From contig CP000070.1 of assembly GCA_000002445.1 (NCBI GenBank), positions 1,056,001 through 1,120,000 on the forward strand: DNA of 64,000 nucleotides, written 5' to 3'. Positions within the stretch are counted from its first letter, which is position 1. The number at the start of each line of letters is the position of its first letter. This DNA comes from Trypanosoma brucei (taxonomy: Eukaryota). The notes beneath the pieces are model-generated. The model was not told the origin of the DNA, did not search any database, and worked only from the letters and a program-made list of their open reading frames with translations. Positions 11,412-21,368 of this stretch are shown piece by piece. Made by a program: the position numbers and the translations under genes.

Positions 11412-13028
11412 ATGATAATCTCTAAGGAGGAGCTGAGTGCCATCACACTCAAATCGTCGTTCATCTACGAGTATGGAGATTTGCCACATTTTATGAGTTG
11501 TATAAATAGTTTTCCCCTGCACTTCTTTGTGCGGTACCGTAGCAGTAAGGAGGATCCCTCTCAGCACCGCTGGTCTCGCTTGTTGAAAGTGGTGCGGCGG
11601 GAGGTACCCGCAGTTGGCGGAAGTATCAACTCGAATGTTAATGATAGTAACGGGGATGTGAGCGGCGCTGGCGGTGGAACCTCTTCCACTAATATTGTCC
11701 CCCTTCAATGGCGAGAGAAGAAGTTCCTCATAACACTTTCTGTTGAAGGTGAGGAAAAGTACGTTGATTTACCACGAATATCTTTACAACTGCCATCAGA
11801 AAATGAGGTCATGTCTTATTGCGCACGCCACGTGGAGCTGGAGGCCAATGACACGGGCGATGTTGAGGTTGAACGTTCCTCAACAGCAAGAGACCAACTA
11901 CCTAGCGCACACGAAATTCAAAAACTTCGTGAGTTCCGGCGAAATGTGATTGAAAATCACCGATGGACGCCGGAAGAGGTTGCGCAGGCGCGTGAACAGA
12001 ACGAGCTAATGGGACGCGTGGGAGCCAGTTGCGCCCCCGTGCGGTTGACGGTGGCTTCGATGAATAACATGCTTTTCGAGTCGAAACTGTCTATTGCGTC
12101 TAGCCGTCGAGCTGTAGGCCACCTGGCCGCAGCTATGGAGCGCCGCAATGCTGTTCGTCTACCCCATTCTTCCTCATATGTATCAGCGACACCACCACAA
12201 ACGGTGGCTGGGACGGGGAGTCAGTTGACTAACGTCTCTCAGTGTGATATGGGAGGCATTGAGAGTCAGGGCACCACCCAGTTTGACGAAGAACGGGTTC
12301 CTGAGGTGGATCCTCAAGTCCTTCAAGAGATGGTGAAAGCGTGGGGCGAAAGCGTTCGTCACGGGGAAGAGTTTTACAAGTATGTTAGCAACAAGGATCG
12401 AAGCGCATACCTCACGAAGATTGCCACTATAACCCAAAACAATTATGAAAAGAACAGGCAAGACCGTGTACGTGGAATTGCGAACGAGAAACGACTAGAT
12501 CGGAAGGCGAACCTCGTGGAGTCGGGAGGTTTGTGGATTGTCGACGATAAGCTGCGCGCAAAACTTGCACAGAATTATCGGCAGGAACAAGACGGTGAAG
12601 CAGGAGTTGGACACGTGGAGGCATCTGTGGATGGAAAGAAGGGTAATGACTCAAGGAAGTTACCCGGCGGTTTAAATGCGCTTGATGACACTAAAGGTCA
12701 AACTGTGGGTAAGGAAGAAACAATGCTGCAGCGCTTTATGAGATACCACAGGGAACAAGAACTCTCCTTTGCGTCGGTGCCTGACAGTTTTGTTGACGAA
12801 GTAACTGGGGACAACCTTTCTCTGTCCACTTCCCGTGGTAAAGATGCTCAACACGACACTGACGGTTTAAACACAGCGTTAGGGAAGGCGGTCATTGGCC
12901 ACTCACCGGAGTTGCTCTCGTTGAGTTCAAACCCCCAAGTTGTCACTTCGCAACTGCTTCATAGGGTGACTTGCATGAGTGGGAGGATGTCGCTTAAGCG
13001 AGGGCACTCTGTTTCCAATAAGTCTTAA
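11412..13028 (+). CDS. hypothetical protein (about 538 aa), no recognisable domain
   Basis: Long uninterrupted ORF. The track start at 11403 is GTG and the first ATG is at 11412. Coding-like codon usage. Same orientation as neighbours. Confidence 0.6.
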   Translation: MIISKEELSAITLKSSFIYEYGDLPHFMSCINSFPLHFFVRYRSSKEDPSQHRWSRLLKVVRREVPAVGGSINSNVNDSNGDVSGAGGGTSSTNIVPLQWREKKFLITLSVEGEEKYVDLPRISLQLPSENEVMSYCARHVELEANDTGDVEVERSSTARDQLPSAHEIQKLREFRRNVIENHRWTPEEVAQAREQNELMGRVGASCAPVRLTVASMNNMLFESKLSIASSRRAVGHLAAAMERRNAVRLPHSSSYVSATPPQTVAGTGSQLTNVSQCDMGGIESQGTTQFDEERVPEVDPQVLQEMVKAWGESVRHGEEFYKYVSNKDRSAYLTKIATITQNNYEKNRQDRVRGIANEKRLDRKANLVESGGLWIVDDKLRAKLAQNYRQEQDGEAGVGHVEASVDGKKGNDSRKLPGGLNALDDTKGQTVGKEETMLQRFMRYHREQELSFASVPDSFVDEVTGDNLSLSTSRGKDAQHDTDGLNTALGKAVIGHSPELLSLSSNPQVVTSQLLHRVTCMSGRMSLKRGHSVSNKS

Positions 13029-13642
13029 CCCGCTGTAATTGAGCTGAAGTAAGACAACCAAGTCCGCTTTGGGCAGCTTAGACTTCCAAAGACGAGACGG
13101 GTTCCACAAAAACAAACTCATTTAAATGTGGTGCATGAAGAGCGCTTCCCCGCTTGTGAGTGCGGCATCTGATTGTTAGTGGAGAAGAGATTTCATTACT
13201 TTATGAATTGTTTTACTTTTGCTCCTCTTCGTTGCCTTACGAGATGTGTAGGGATTGACTTACGCAAACGCGACGAACGGCGTAGGAAGGGGTTAGAAAA
13301 TTTTGAAAGGTTGTGCCACTATTTGTCACCTGTGGTTGTACGGTGAGGTAGGAGGTCAGGATTTCTGTGGGTATTTCCAGCTAAATTTCAGGGTTCTTCT
13401 GCCACAAAGTGGGGTTGATTCTTCTAATAAATGTCGACCCTTTTTTTAAAAAAAAATCTATAGTGAAAGGTAAAAAAAGAGTCTATGTGTGTTCGTTGGT
13501 ATTTACATACATTTTTTATACTTGTGCGTGTGCGCGTATGAATGTGTAAGTAGGTTGCGCTGGTGGTGATGGGAGGGAATAACTATATCTGTTTTGTTTC
13601 TTTCTTTTTTTGTGTTTATGCCCCTTGGATTCAGTAGGATGG

Positions 13643-16201
13643 ATGATGGAAAAGCAGTGGATAGTTTCTTCCCTCTTGCGCTCTTCAGAGCAGGGGAACG
13701 CGGAAGGCGTTAATGCCTTTAGTACTACTACTCTCGGATTAAAGCGGCAGCGAGATAGCCAATTTTATGACGGTGATGGGAAGCCGTTGAGAGGTTTGAG
13801 GCGTGAAGCTGCGAGCCTTATGTATAACAACCGCTATCTCAGTGAGGAGGAACTGCACCGGCTTGAGCAGTCGCTTTCTGCTGGCCAGGGTAACACTTCT
13901 GTGACTTCCACTGCTGATGGGAAGGGCGGTGGCAGTGCTAGGAGGATCCTGAACGGACTACCTGCGCTACCAGACATGTTTGGTGTTGTGCCGTCGACAA
14001 CTTCTGGAGGAAAGGCTGCAAAATCAGCGGGTGGTGAGAATGGCGACTCAAGGTGGGCCGTACCAGCGATGAATCGGTGGTTCCTCGTGCAGCGAAACCA
14101 CGTGGTTCAGAATCGGCTGACTGAGGGTGGAAACAATAGCAACGACGAATCCGCGCAACAGTTAGGCCATCAGTCTGCACATATGGGAGGCTGTGGTTAC
14201 CGTTGGGTCCGGGCTGATGCACTTCAGGTGGAAAGCGCACTTACTGGCTCTTTGGTCGTTGCTGCTATGCCGGTTGCGGACACGGGAGCCTCCACGGGAA
14301 GGACCGAAATGGGAAGTGGAGGTGCAAAGCACAAGCGCGTACAGGAAGAACTTCAAGAATCGTGGATTTCGCAGGCATGTTTGCTAGCTCCCCCCGAGAC
14401 CGAATTTTCCGTCGCTGACGCTTATAAAGGGTCGGACCCCTTTTCATTCTTTACGGTAAGTGAAGATGAGTATCGGATATTAAACCTGGAGAGCCCACAA
14501 TTCCAGCCATCATTTCTATCACGGCATAACGACGTTGAAGAAGCAACGCCACATCATTTTAACTTTGATGCCACTATGAAGCTTCTCACAATGTACGAAA
14601 GATTCGGTAATTTCGTGGTGGTGGCTGATCGTTGGACATATGCCAACGCTTCTGGCACAGGTCCTGCGGACGTTAACGGCGCGGATGAAACACTTTTGCC
14701 TCCACCCGTTGAGGCATTAATGGAGCGATACAAGTTGGTCTCGGAGGCGGTTCTTCAGTATCGTTTGCATATGCTGAGGACAGTCTTACGCGATGGAAAA
14801 AGCGGCAGGTGCGATGAAGCAGTTGCGGCAGCTGTTGGATGCCGCAAACCCGAGTCGAGGGCTTCTCGTGAGGCTGTAGTGGCGAAATCTCAAAAAGACA
14901 CGGATGATCGTCTAATAGCATCGTCACATCCCTTAGTTTCGTTGATGTTAAAGCACCCCATTCTCGAGACGCAACGACAGAGGCAGGAGTGGCTCACTCA
15001 GAAGTTTCGAGAGATTAAGGATGACGATGGTAAGAGTTGTAACAACAACGACAACGGGAACCCGAACAAGGAGGACACGAATGATGAGGTCTCCGCGACG
15101 GCCAATGCCGCGAGTGAGATCGCCATGATTAACGGTCACCGCCGCAGTTACCTGAAGGATTTGGCAGTGATGGGTACCAGTTCTTTATCCAATCACTTGG
15201 ATTCATCACAAATGCAGAACAGCAGGGATCATGGTGATGGCGGAACTTCCTTCGCTGTTGGTGGCAACGCGAGATCTGGCAGTGCTTCTCCTCTTGAGTC
15301 CCAACTATCGGTTCCACTCAACATTTGTCCAATACCCACCGCTTCACCCTTCTGGTATGATGGGCTACTGGAGCGTGTGAGGCGGGAGCGTTTACGTGAG
15401 GATATGATCCTTGAATCGCGAGAGAATGTGCCTTACCACGTGGCATTGATGTCTCTCCAAAAAGTGGGCAAGCAGGCGAAGGTTCTGTTCGACAGATTGC
15501 GGACCCTCACGCAAGAGACGGTGGCAGCATCGGTAGAGGAGCCGGAGGAGTCAGACGTTAGCACTAGGGCAAGCGGTACGTCAGCCGTTGTAGACACCGG
15601 TGTTGGAGGCAAGGAAGGAAGGGGGGCGAGACCTGGGAAGTTAGCGACAGCTAAGCAGTGCAAGAAGAGACAACAGCAGCAACTTACCGATCCCAGTTCG
15701 GAGGACAGTTACCAGGCTGTGCAGGAGGAGGTTCGTCGTGTGCCTGCGATCTGCGAACGGCTGAAGCTATGCGTTCAGGCCGGTTGGTTCCTACCACCCT
15801 CGTATTTGGGAAAGGGATGTGGATCCGATCTTAAAGGTAGCAACGGTAACACAAACAATGAAAACTCTGGGGGTAACCGTGGCGCGCCCGTCGGTGGCAG
15901 CAGCGGCGGCACCAACATCATAGCCAATCGCGTTTTAAGTAATTCCTCTGAGGCGCTTTTGCTGTCGTTGCCTCCAAACACACCGCGTATTCATCGCAGC
16001 GTGGAGCACGAGTTGGAGAAGCATCTCTGGGAAGATCACCGGGCGTTGTGTGATGACAGTGCGGAGGTGCAGCAGTTACTGGGTGAGGTACGTGTGTTAT
16101 ACACACAGAATGTTATATTGCGCAGGTTTGCTGGGAGGTGTGGTACTCTCAAGGCCTCACTTAAAAAACTTGCGAGTGACGCTTCTTCAATGAAAATATG
16201 A
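13643..16201 (+). CDS. hypothetical protein (about 852 aa) with low-complexity N/D/G-rich segments
   Basis: Long ORF. The track start at 13610 is TTG; the first in-frame ATGs are the tandem pair at 13643/13646. A polypyrimidine tract at 13591..13620 sits immediately upstream. Confidence 0.6.
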   Translation: MMEKQWIVSSLLRSSEQGNAEGVNAFSTTTLGLKRQRDSQFYDGDGKPLRGLRREAASLMYNNRYLSEEELHRLEQSLSAGQGNTSVTSTADGKGGGSARRILNGLPALPDMFGVVPSTTSGGKAAKSAGGENGDSRWAVPAMNRWFLVQRNHVVQNRLTEGGNNSNDESAQQLGHQSAHMGGCGYRWVRADALQVESALTGSLVVAAMPVADTGASTGRTEMGSGGAKHKRVQEELQESWISQACLLAPPETEFSVADAYKGSDPFSFFTVSEDEYRILNLESPQFQPSFLSRHNDVEEATPHHFNFDATMKLLTMYERFGNFVVVADRWTYANASGTGPADVNGADETLLPPPVEALMERYKLVSEAVLQYRLHMLRTVLRDGKSGRCDEAVAAAVGCRKPESRASREAVVAKSQKDTDDRLIASSHPLVSLMLKHPILETQRQRQEWLTQKFREIKDDDGKSCNNNDNGNPNKEDTNDEVSATANAASEIAMINGHRRSYLKDLAVMGTSSLSNHLDSSQMQNSRDHGDGGTSFAVGGNARSGSASPLESQLSVPLNICPIPTASPFWYDGLLERVRRERLREDMILESRENVPYHVALMSLQKVGKQAKVLFDRLRTLTQETVAASVEEPEESDVSTRASGTSAVVDTGVGGKEGRGARPGKLATAKQCKKRQQQQLTDPSSEDSYQAVQEEVRRVPAICERLKLCVQAGWFLPPSYLGKGCGSDLKGSNGNTNNENSGGNRGAPVGGSSGGTNIIANRVLSNSSEALLLSLPPNTPRIHRSVEHELEKHLWEDHRALCDDSAEVQQLLGEVRVLYTQNVILRRFAGRCGTLKASLKKLASDASSMKI

Positions 16202-16746
16202 GGATTGCTGCTCAACCACTCCTATTTACCCATTTGTTGGCCAGCATCTCTCAAGTCTGGCACATATTGTCACTATCGTCGTTGCCAGAGCTATTGTTTG
16301 CAGTGTGATGATTGTTGTTGACAATCTGCTTTGGATGGTGATTGTGTTTGTGGTGAATAAGCTTATTTTGCGTAACCTTATAAGTGATGCCATTTTTTCT
16401 GAAACTTTAATGCGGCGTTAGCCCCTGTCTTATAGGTTTTGAATTCTTGGTAAACGACATGTTGGGCAATTTGAGTTTTTTTTTCTTGTGCCGTGTTGGC
16501 TCCACTCTATTCGGTTCTCTACTTTTTTTTGTTTTGTTTTCTTCGACAAGGCGGATGAGGATAGACCTGGTGGCACCATTTCCGCTGTCATTTGTGGTTT
16601 CATGGGGAGAGGGACTGGAAACCCTACAAGCTTTTACAACGCAGAAGTGAAGATCAAACCAAAGTATAGCGTGATTGAGGAGTTTGAAAGTGTCAAGTGA
16701 GGCGTGCGGCTAGCCAACTTGCCCGTATTTTATCTAAACGGGTAGA

Positions 16747-19014
16747 ATGATCCACAGCACCGCGATGCATCACTTCATCAGGACCTTCTCGTTGTGTCTG
16801 AACGTTAACTGCATTCCGCGGCTGCGATTTGGAGGGCTCACACCCGAGATTACTAATAATGTGCTGCAAGGCCCGTTGCTTACCCCGCATCGCACCTTTC
16901 TCAGAGCAGGTGCGACAACTATTCGCAAGAGTGGGAGTCGGTGTTTTTCCCACCAGCAAACATCGGCTAACTGCTCCGCGGTATCTTCGACAGAATCTGC
17001 GCAGCACTCCAGCCATGGGTTTCTTTCACCAAGCGAGTTGCTTTTCCAACTCGTTTCCCCCCACATAGCCAGTGCACCGTGTGTGTCGAGAGTTGCGCAC
17101 GTTTACAGTACCATACCCAAGTCGTTTGATGAGGTAGTGAGTAACCGCCACCTGCCACCGTCCGTAGTTGAGCATGACACGCGTCGATGGCTTCGAAATC
17201 AGTTTGGTACCCTCAGCAGTGCGCTGAGGCAGTTGCATGTTACAAACTCCACGGAACACTGGGGTATTTACATCTCGCAGGACCACGTTTACGTTGTGAA
17301 GGCCTACAGCGAGGAGGAGGCTGAGGAAGCGTTTGCAACCTTCAATGCTGTTACTCACACTTGTGATGAAAAATTCGGTGAACCATCGATTGACTGTACG
17401 TCGCGGCAGCGCACGTCGTTGTGCGAGAGGGAGAGTCTTTTGGAGGTGTTTCAGCCCGTTTTTCCGAACTTCACTCCCCCTCCGCTTCCCCCACCGTCAC
17501 AGCGGCAGCGTAGTTTTGCTGGGAAACGGAAGAAGCATGTGCCAGACGGTGTGTTCACCCCTCAAATGCTCGTTCCGTACGTTCCTACTTTCTTCGTGCC
17601 AATGTCAGAACTCCTTCAGGAGCTGCCAGAGGGATACACTGCGGAGCATATTGAAGGTCTCTTCGCAGCGACGGGGACTTTGGAAATCGTGGAGCTTGAG
17701 GGTGAGAAGTTTGTGCGGTTGCATGGTGGCAATCGGTTTTTGGATTTCACACTCGATGGAGCGGGTATTGCTGCACATGAGCGGTGGAGGGCTTACCAGC
17801 CTGACCCTTTTTTGTGCCAGTCTTTCTGCCGAATAATGTCAACCTCTGCTCATTGGGTTTCCCTTCGTGTGCTCATTATGAGGTCCCCAACCGCACTCGT
17901 CGAGGCCCTTCTGCCGTTAAGGGGCTACAAGACTTTGCTTTTCTTCGCGCAAATGCAACATGTCTTCTGTTTTACACCGAGGGGTGAGGGGGAGGTGTGC
18001 CGTGCTGCGTCTGTCACCTGTCTCTCCTACCGCGACAGTCCAACACCGGCGGTTGTGTCAGAACTTGTCGGCTTGCTCTCGGGCCAGCGAGCGTACATTA
18101 CCGATTTGCAGCGCTGTGATAAATATAACAATTCCGGATGCATTTGCATATCGGATCACGCCAAAACGCAGATAATCATGTACTATGGCACACTTATTAA
18201 TTTTTTCCGTGTCCATGGTGAGATATTTTATGTTGAGGAAGATTCCCTCGTAGGGCTCATCTCTGACAGGAAAATTACAACCAATACAACGAAAACCTTG
18301 GAGGATAAGCTGGAGGATGCACTAATGAAGAAGGATCGCCGTACAGCCCAAAAAGTACGACGCCGCATGTCACTGGAGCGAAATCCAGACAGTCCGTACA
18401 CTGACCGAGAGGTCCTATTGGACGCCATCTTGCGTTACTTGCCGAGGAACCGTTCCATTTCCCTCAATTTTCTCTTGAGGTCCTTGCCGCTCTCCTTGTC
18501 TGACTTCCTTCCTAACAAACCCCTTGCACTCTTTCAGCAAGCTCCGGAAAAGGTGCGTATTTTTGAGTACCGATACCGTCATCGATTGCATCTTATTCGT
18601 CCAGGCGTACCGCTGCCGCCTGGCGTCCTTCGAGATACGTATACAGAGCAGGAGTTGCTCTTCCTTTGCGCGGCTGAGCTCCAGCAGCAACCTCGTTTCG
18701 CCGTGGACGTTTATGGGCGCCTTCCCTACGGAGCCAAGGAGGTCATTCGCCTCCAATATAAGGGGCTTCTGGAGCTGCTGAAGCCGCATCCTCAGTACTT
18801 TACCGTGGTGTTTAAGGACTCCCTCCGTATGGATTCACGACAGGCACTCGTGACGCTCATACAAATGCCCCCATCGGTGGGCCTTACGGAGGATGACTAT
18901 GGCGCCCATGTTCCAGACGATGCTGTCCTGCAGCAACTTGAGGCAGAAGATAGGGATGCACTGGAGGCACTACCAGATGAAGTGCGAAAGACCATTCGCC
19001 AGGGTAATACTTGA
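16747..19014 (+). CDS. hypothetical protein, 755 aa
   Basis: Uninterrupted ORF from ATG 16747. Polypyrimidine-rich region 16440..16560 upstream. No recognisable catalytic motifs. Confidence 0.6.
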   Translation: MIHSTAMHHFIRTFSLCLNVNCIPRLRFGGLTPEITNNVLQGPLLTPHRTFLRAGATTIRKSGSRCFSHQQTSANCSAVSSTESAQHSSHGFLSPSELLFQLVSPHIASAPCVSRVAHVYSTIPKSFDEVVSNRHLPPSVVEHDTRRWLRNQFGTLSSALRQLHVTNSTEHWGIYISQDHVYVVKAYSEEEAEEAFATFNAVTHTCDEKFGEPSIDCTSRQRTSLCERESLLEVFQPVFPNFTPPPLPPPSQRQRSFAGKRKKHVPDGVFTPQMLVPYVPTFFVPMSELLQELPEGYTAEHIEGLFAATGTLEIVELEGEKFVRLHGGNRFLDFTLDGAGIAAHERWRAYQPDPFLCQSFCRIMSTSAHWVSLRVLIMRSPTALVEALLPLRGYKTLLFFAQMQHVFCFTPRGEGEVCRAASVTCLSYRDSPTPAVVSELVGLLSGQRAYITDLQRCDKYNNSGCICISDHAKTQIIMYYGTLINFFRVHGEIFYVEEDSLVGLISDRKITTNTTKTLEDKLEDALMKKDRRTAQKVRRRMSLERNPDSPYTDREVLLDAILRYLPRNRSISLNFLLRSLPLSLSDFLPNKPLALFQQAPEKVRIFEYRYRHRLHLIRPGVPLPPGVLRDTYTEQELLFLCAAELQQQPRFAVDVYGRLPYGAKEVIRLQYKGLLELLKPHPQYFTVVFKDSLRMDSRQALVTLIQMPPSVGLTEDDYGAHVPDDAVLQQLEAEDRDALEALPDEVRKTIRQGNT

Positions 19015-19297
19015 CAACGATGATGGTGAGGAGGCGAAAGTGATGGTGCAGGTCGACGCGGTTACTTCATAACCGAACGCAACACATTTGTAATTTTTTT
19101 TTTTATCTCTGCTTAGTGGGTTGCAGGGTGTTTGTCGTCGATGTCCGTTCTGGCGAACTGCCATTGCATTCTCGATTCCTTGTATCATCTCATCCCTTTT
19201 CCTCCCTTTTCGTGCTTCCACTATTTATGTACAAGATAATCTTCGTTATTTCACAAGCAACATACCAAATTTAAGGAAAAATAAAAGACATTCAAAC

Positions 19298-19645
19298 ATG
19301 TCCGATATCACGTACGAGAACGGTTCACCGACATACACCGGTAACACCGTCCTTAAGTGCTTCAGAGAGAATGGCAACGGCCTCCTCTTTCGCATCGTCA
19401 ATGATGAGGAGAAGAAATGGGCATTCTACAATGATACCAAGGGCTACAACATGGTGGTGAAAGTTGCTTTCGGTAAGGACAGCACTGTTCAACCCCTTGG
19501 CAACACCAAGATGGAAAAGGACACTGCTACTGGCGAATTCAAGTGCGAACTCGAAATTGCGCCGCTGGCGACTGAAATGTTCATTGAGGGAGTGCCCAAC
19601 GGATACAAAATAAACTTTGAAGCCAATCCTATTCCTCAGTCATGA
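19298..19645 (+). CDS. small protein, 115 aa, copy 1 of a tandem pair; possibly a small kinetoplastid calpain-related protein (calpain N-terminal domain only)
   Basis: ATG at 19298 (the track ORF 19121..19645 starts at TTG). Protein MSDITYENGSPTYTGNTVLKCFRENGNGLLFRIVNDEEKKW... is nearly identical to the downstream copy over about 110 codons. The SKCRP assignment rests on recollection that T. brucei carries two adjacent tiny calpain-like genes immediately upstream of its CSB-like gene; this is unverified. Confidence 0.7.
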   Translation: MSDITYENGSPTYTGNTVLKCFRENGNGLLFRIVNDEEKKWAFYNDTKGYNMVVKVAFGKDSTVQPLGNTKMEKDTATGEFKCELEIAPLATEMFIEGVPNGYKINFEANPIPQS

Positions 19646-20025
19646 GCAAGATGCGGTTATACATGCGAGTCCAGCAGATGATCGACAGTAGGAATGTAGT
19701 TAGCAGAAGAATTGATTCGCCCCATTTTTTTCCTTTTTCTCTCCTGGTTCTTTTGTTCTTGGGGGTTGCCGAAAAAATGCGCGACCCAAAGCACTTTATA
19801 CTGTTATATCAGAAGAGTTCCCCTCTGTATGCGGCGTTGGCGCTTCCATACGTTGCTGTCCGGCGCGTCGTGCATTTCTTTCTGGTGCCCAGTGTATTTT
19901 CGAGTTTTTGTATCATCTCATCCCTTCTCCTCCCTTTTCGTGCTTCCACTATTTATGTACAAGATAATCTTCGTTATTTCACAAGCAGCATACCAAATTT
20001 AAGGAAAAATAAAAGACATTCAAAC

Positions 20026-20388
20026 ATGTCCGATATCACGTACGAGAACGGTTCACCGACATACACCGGTAACACCGTCCTTAAGTGCTTCAGAGAGAAT
20101 GGCAACGGCCTCCTCTTTCGCATCGTCAATGATGAGGAGAAGAAATGGGCATTCTACAATGATACCAAGGACTACAACATGGTGGTGAAAGTTGCTTTCG
20201 GTAAGGACAGCACTGTTCAACCCCTTGGCAACACCAAGATGGAAAAGGACACTGCTACTGGCGAATTCAAGTGTGAGGTGAAAATCGCCCCCCTGGCGAC
20301 TGAAATGTTCATTGAGGGAGTGCCCAACGGATACAAAATAAGTTATGAAGCCGATCCTATTCCCCAGTGGAAATCCGTTCCCACCTAA
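20026..20388 (+). CDS. small protein, 120 aa, copy 2 of the tandem pair (paralogue of 19298..19645 with a different C-terminus)
   Basis: ATG at 20026. About 140 bp of 5' flank plus the first 110 or so codons are near-identical to copy 1. The C-terminal end diverges (…KISYEADPIPQWKSVPT versus …KINFEANPIPQS). The long track ORF 19642..20388 is an artefact of an open frame across the inter-copy region. Confidence 0.7.
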   Translation: MSDITYENGSPTYTGNTVLKCFRENGNGLLFRIVNDEEKKWAFYNDTKDYNMVVKVAFGKDSTVQPLGNTKMEKDTATGEFKCEVKIAPLATEMFIEGVPNGYKISYEADPIPQWKSVPT

Positions 20389-21267
20389 GTAAAGATATCG
20401 GGCAGTCGTGAGGAGGAAGGGAAGGGGGAAAAGAAAAGTAGTGAACACCTGTTGGTTAACTCAAGGTGAGGGGACCACATACAAAGGGAAAAGGAAATTA
20501 AGAAAGATTGTATGTTACCTTTTTTTTTTTCAAATTGTTACTCCAAATAATATGTTTATAGCCTTTTCCCTGTCATTATTTTTTTTTTGACAATTCTCTA
20601 CTTCCTTTCCTTTTCCCTTCCCCCTTGTTCTTTTTCCTCTTTTTTTTTTCCTAAATACTCGCGTGAGCGCATCACTCTCAACTAATTCGGCGAATGTTTT
20701 CTTTTTTACTTCCGGTTGATATCATTATCATTACTTATTTTAGTCTTTGTCCTTGTCCCTTTTACTTTTTGTGTGCGCATCGAACTGTAACTCAACGTTG
20801 AGCGCGAATCGAAAAAATAAAAAAAGGGGGAAGAGGAGACCACCACCACCCCCTAAAAAAAAAAAATAAACGTTAAGAAACTGGGCAAAGAGAGAGAGAG
20901 AGAAACAAACAAATATGAAGTGGAGGATAAGGGCAGCAGAATCTCACTTCTGAAGCCAATGTATGCAACGCAGTTCGGTCGTACCCTGCATTAAAAATTT
21001 TACCCATGTATTAGAGTTACATGCGCATATCTCAGAATCATGTCTTTCCACTTGTTTTGGTACTGGCCACGATTTTACGGGCGTATGTCTTTTCCTTCAC
21101 TATTTTTTTTGTTCACGTCCACACGTGTGTTCGTTTTTTCTTTACTCACGATACCGACCGGTAAGTTTTGTTGTGCCTGTGCGAGCGTTCCTACGTAGAT
21201 TTGCACATTTATCGGGTAGTGTTAGCTCTGGCGATAGCGGTTGCGTCGCCATGTCGAACTTAAACTA

Positions 21268-21346
21268 TTATTATTATTATTTATTATTTTGCGCTAGTCC
21301 AAGTTTGCTTCCGCTTTTTTGTCCTTTTATTTACTTATTTGTTTAG
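21268..21346 (+). promoter_or_regulatory. polypyrimidine tract / probable trans-splice acceptor region upstream of the SNF2 gene
   Basis: T/C-rich run (ttattattatttattattttgcgctagtccaagtttgcttccgcttttttgtccttttatttacttatttgtttag) ending in AG about 25 nt before the ATG. Typical kinetoplastid SL-addition context. The exact acceptor cannot be fixed from sequence. Confidence 0.5.
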
Positions 21347-21368
21347 CGTCATTATCGTAGTTAAAGTG

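Larger units (their letters stand above)
19160..20388 (+). repeat. tandem duplication, two units, ATG-to-ATG period 728 bp, covering 5' flank plus CDS of the small paralogues
   Basis: Direct repeat of gtatcatctcatccc…ttcaaacATGtccgatatcacg… found at 19172.. and 19906... Only a few substitutions across roughly 480 bp, then the 3' parts diverge. Confidence 0.85.

Noticed and set aside
13610-13642. Non-ATG (TTG/GTG) starts used by the ORF track for several genes (13610, 11403, 19121, 21339, 26592, 32448, 53434, 61062)
   Set aside because: Kinetoplastid nuclear genes initiate at ATG. The coordinates were moved to the first in-frame ATG downstream of the polypyrimidine/AG context.
19642-20388. 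248-aa track ORF spanning the inter-copy region and the second small paralogue
   Set aside because: The frame happens to be open across the 5' flank (it translates poly-T and UTR sequence as FFPFSLLVLLFLG…). The duplicated unit shows the real CDS begins at ATG 20026, mirroring copy 1.
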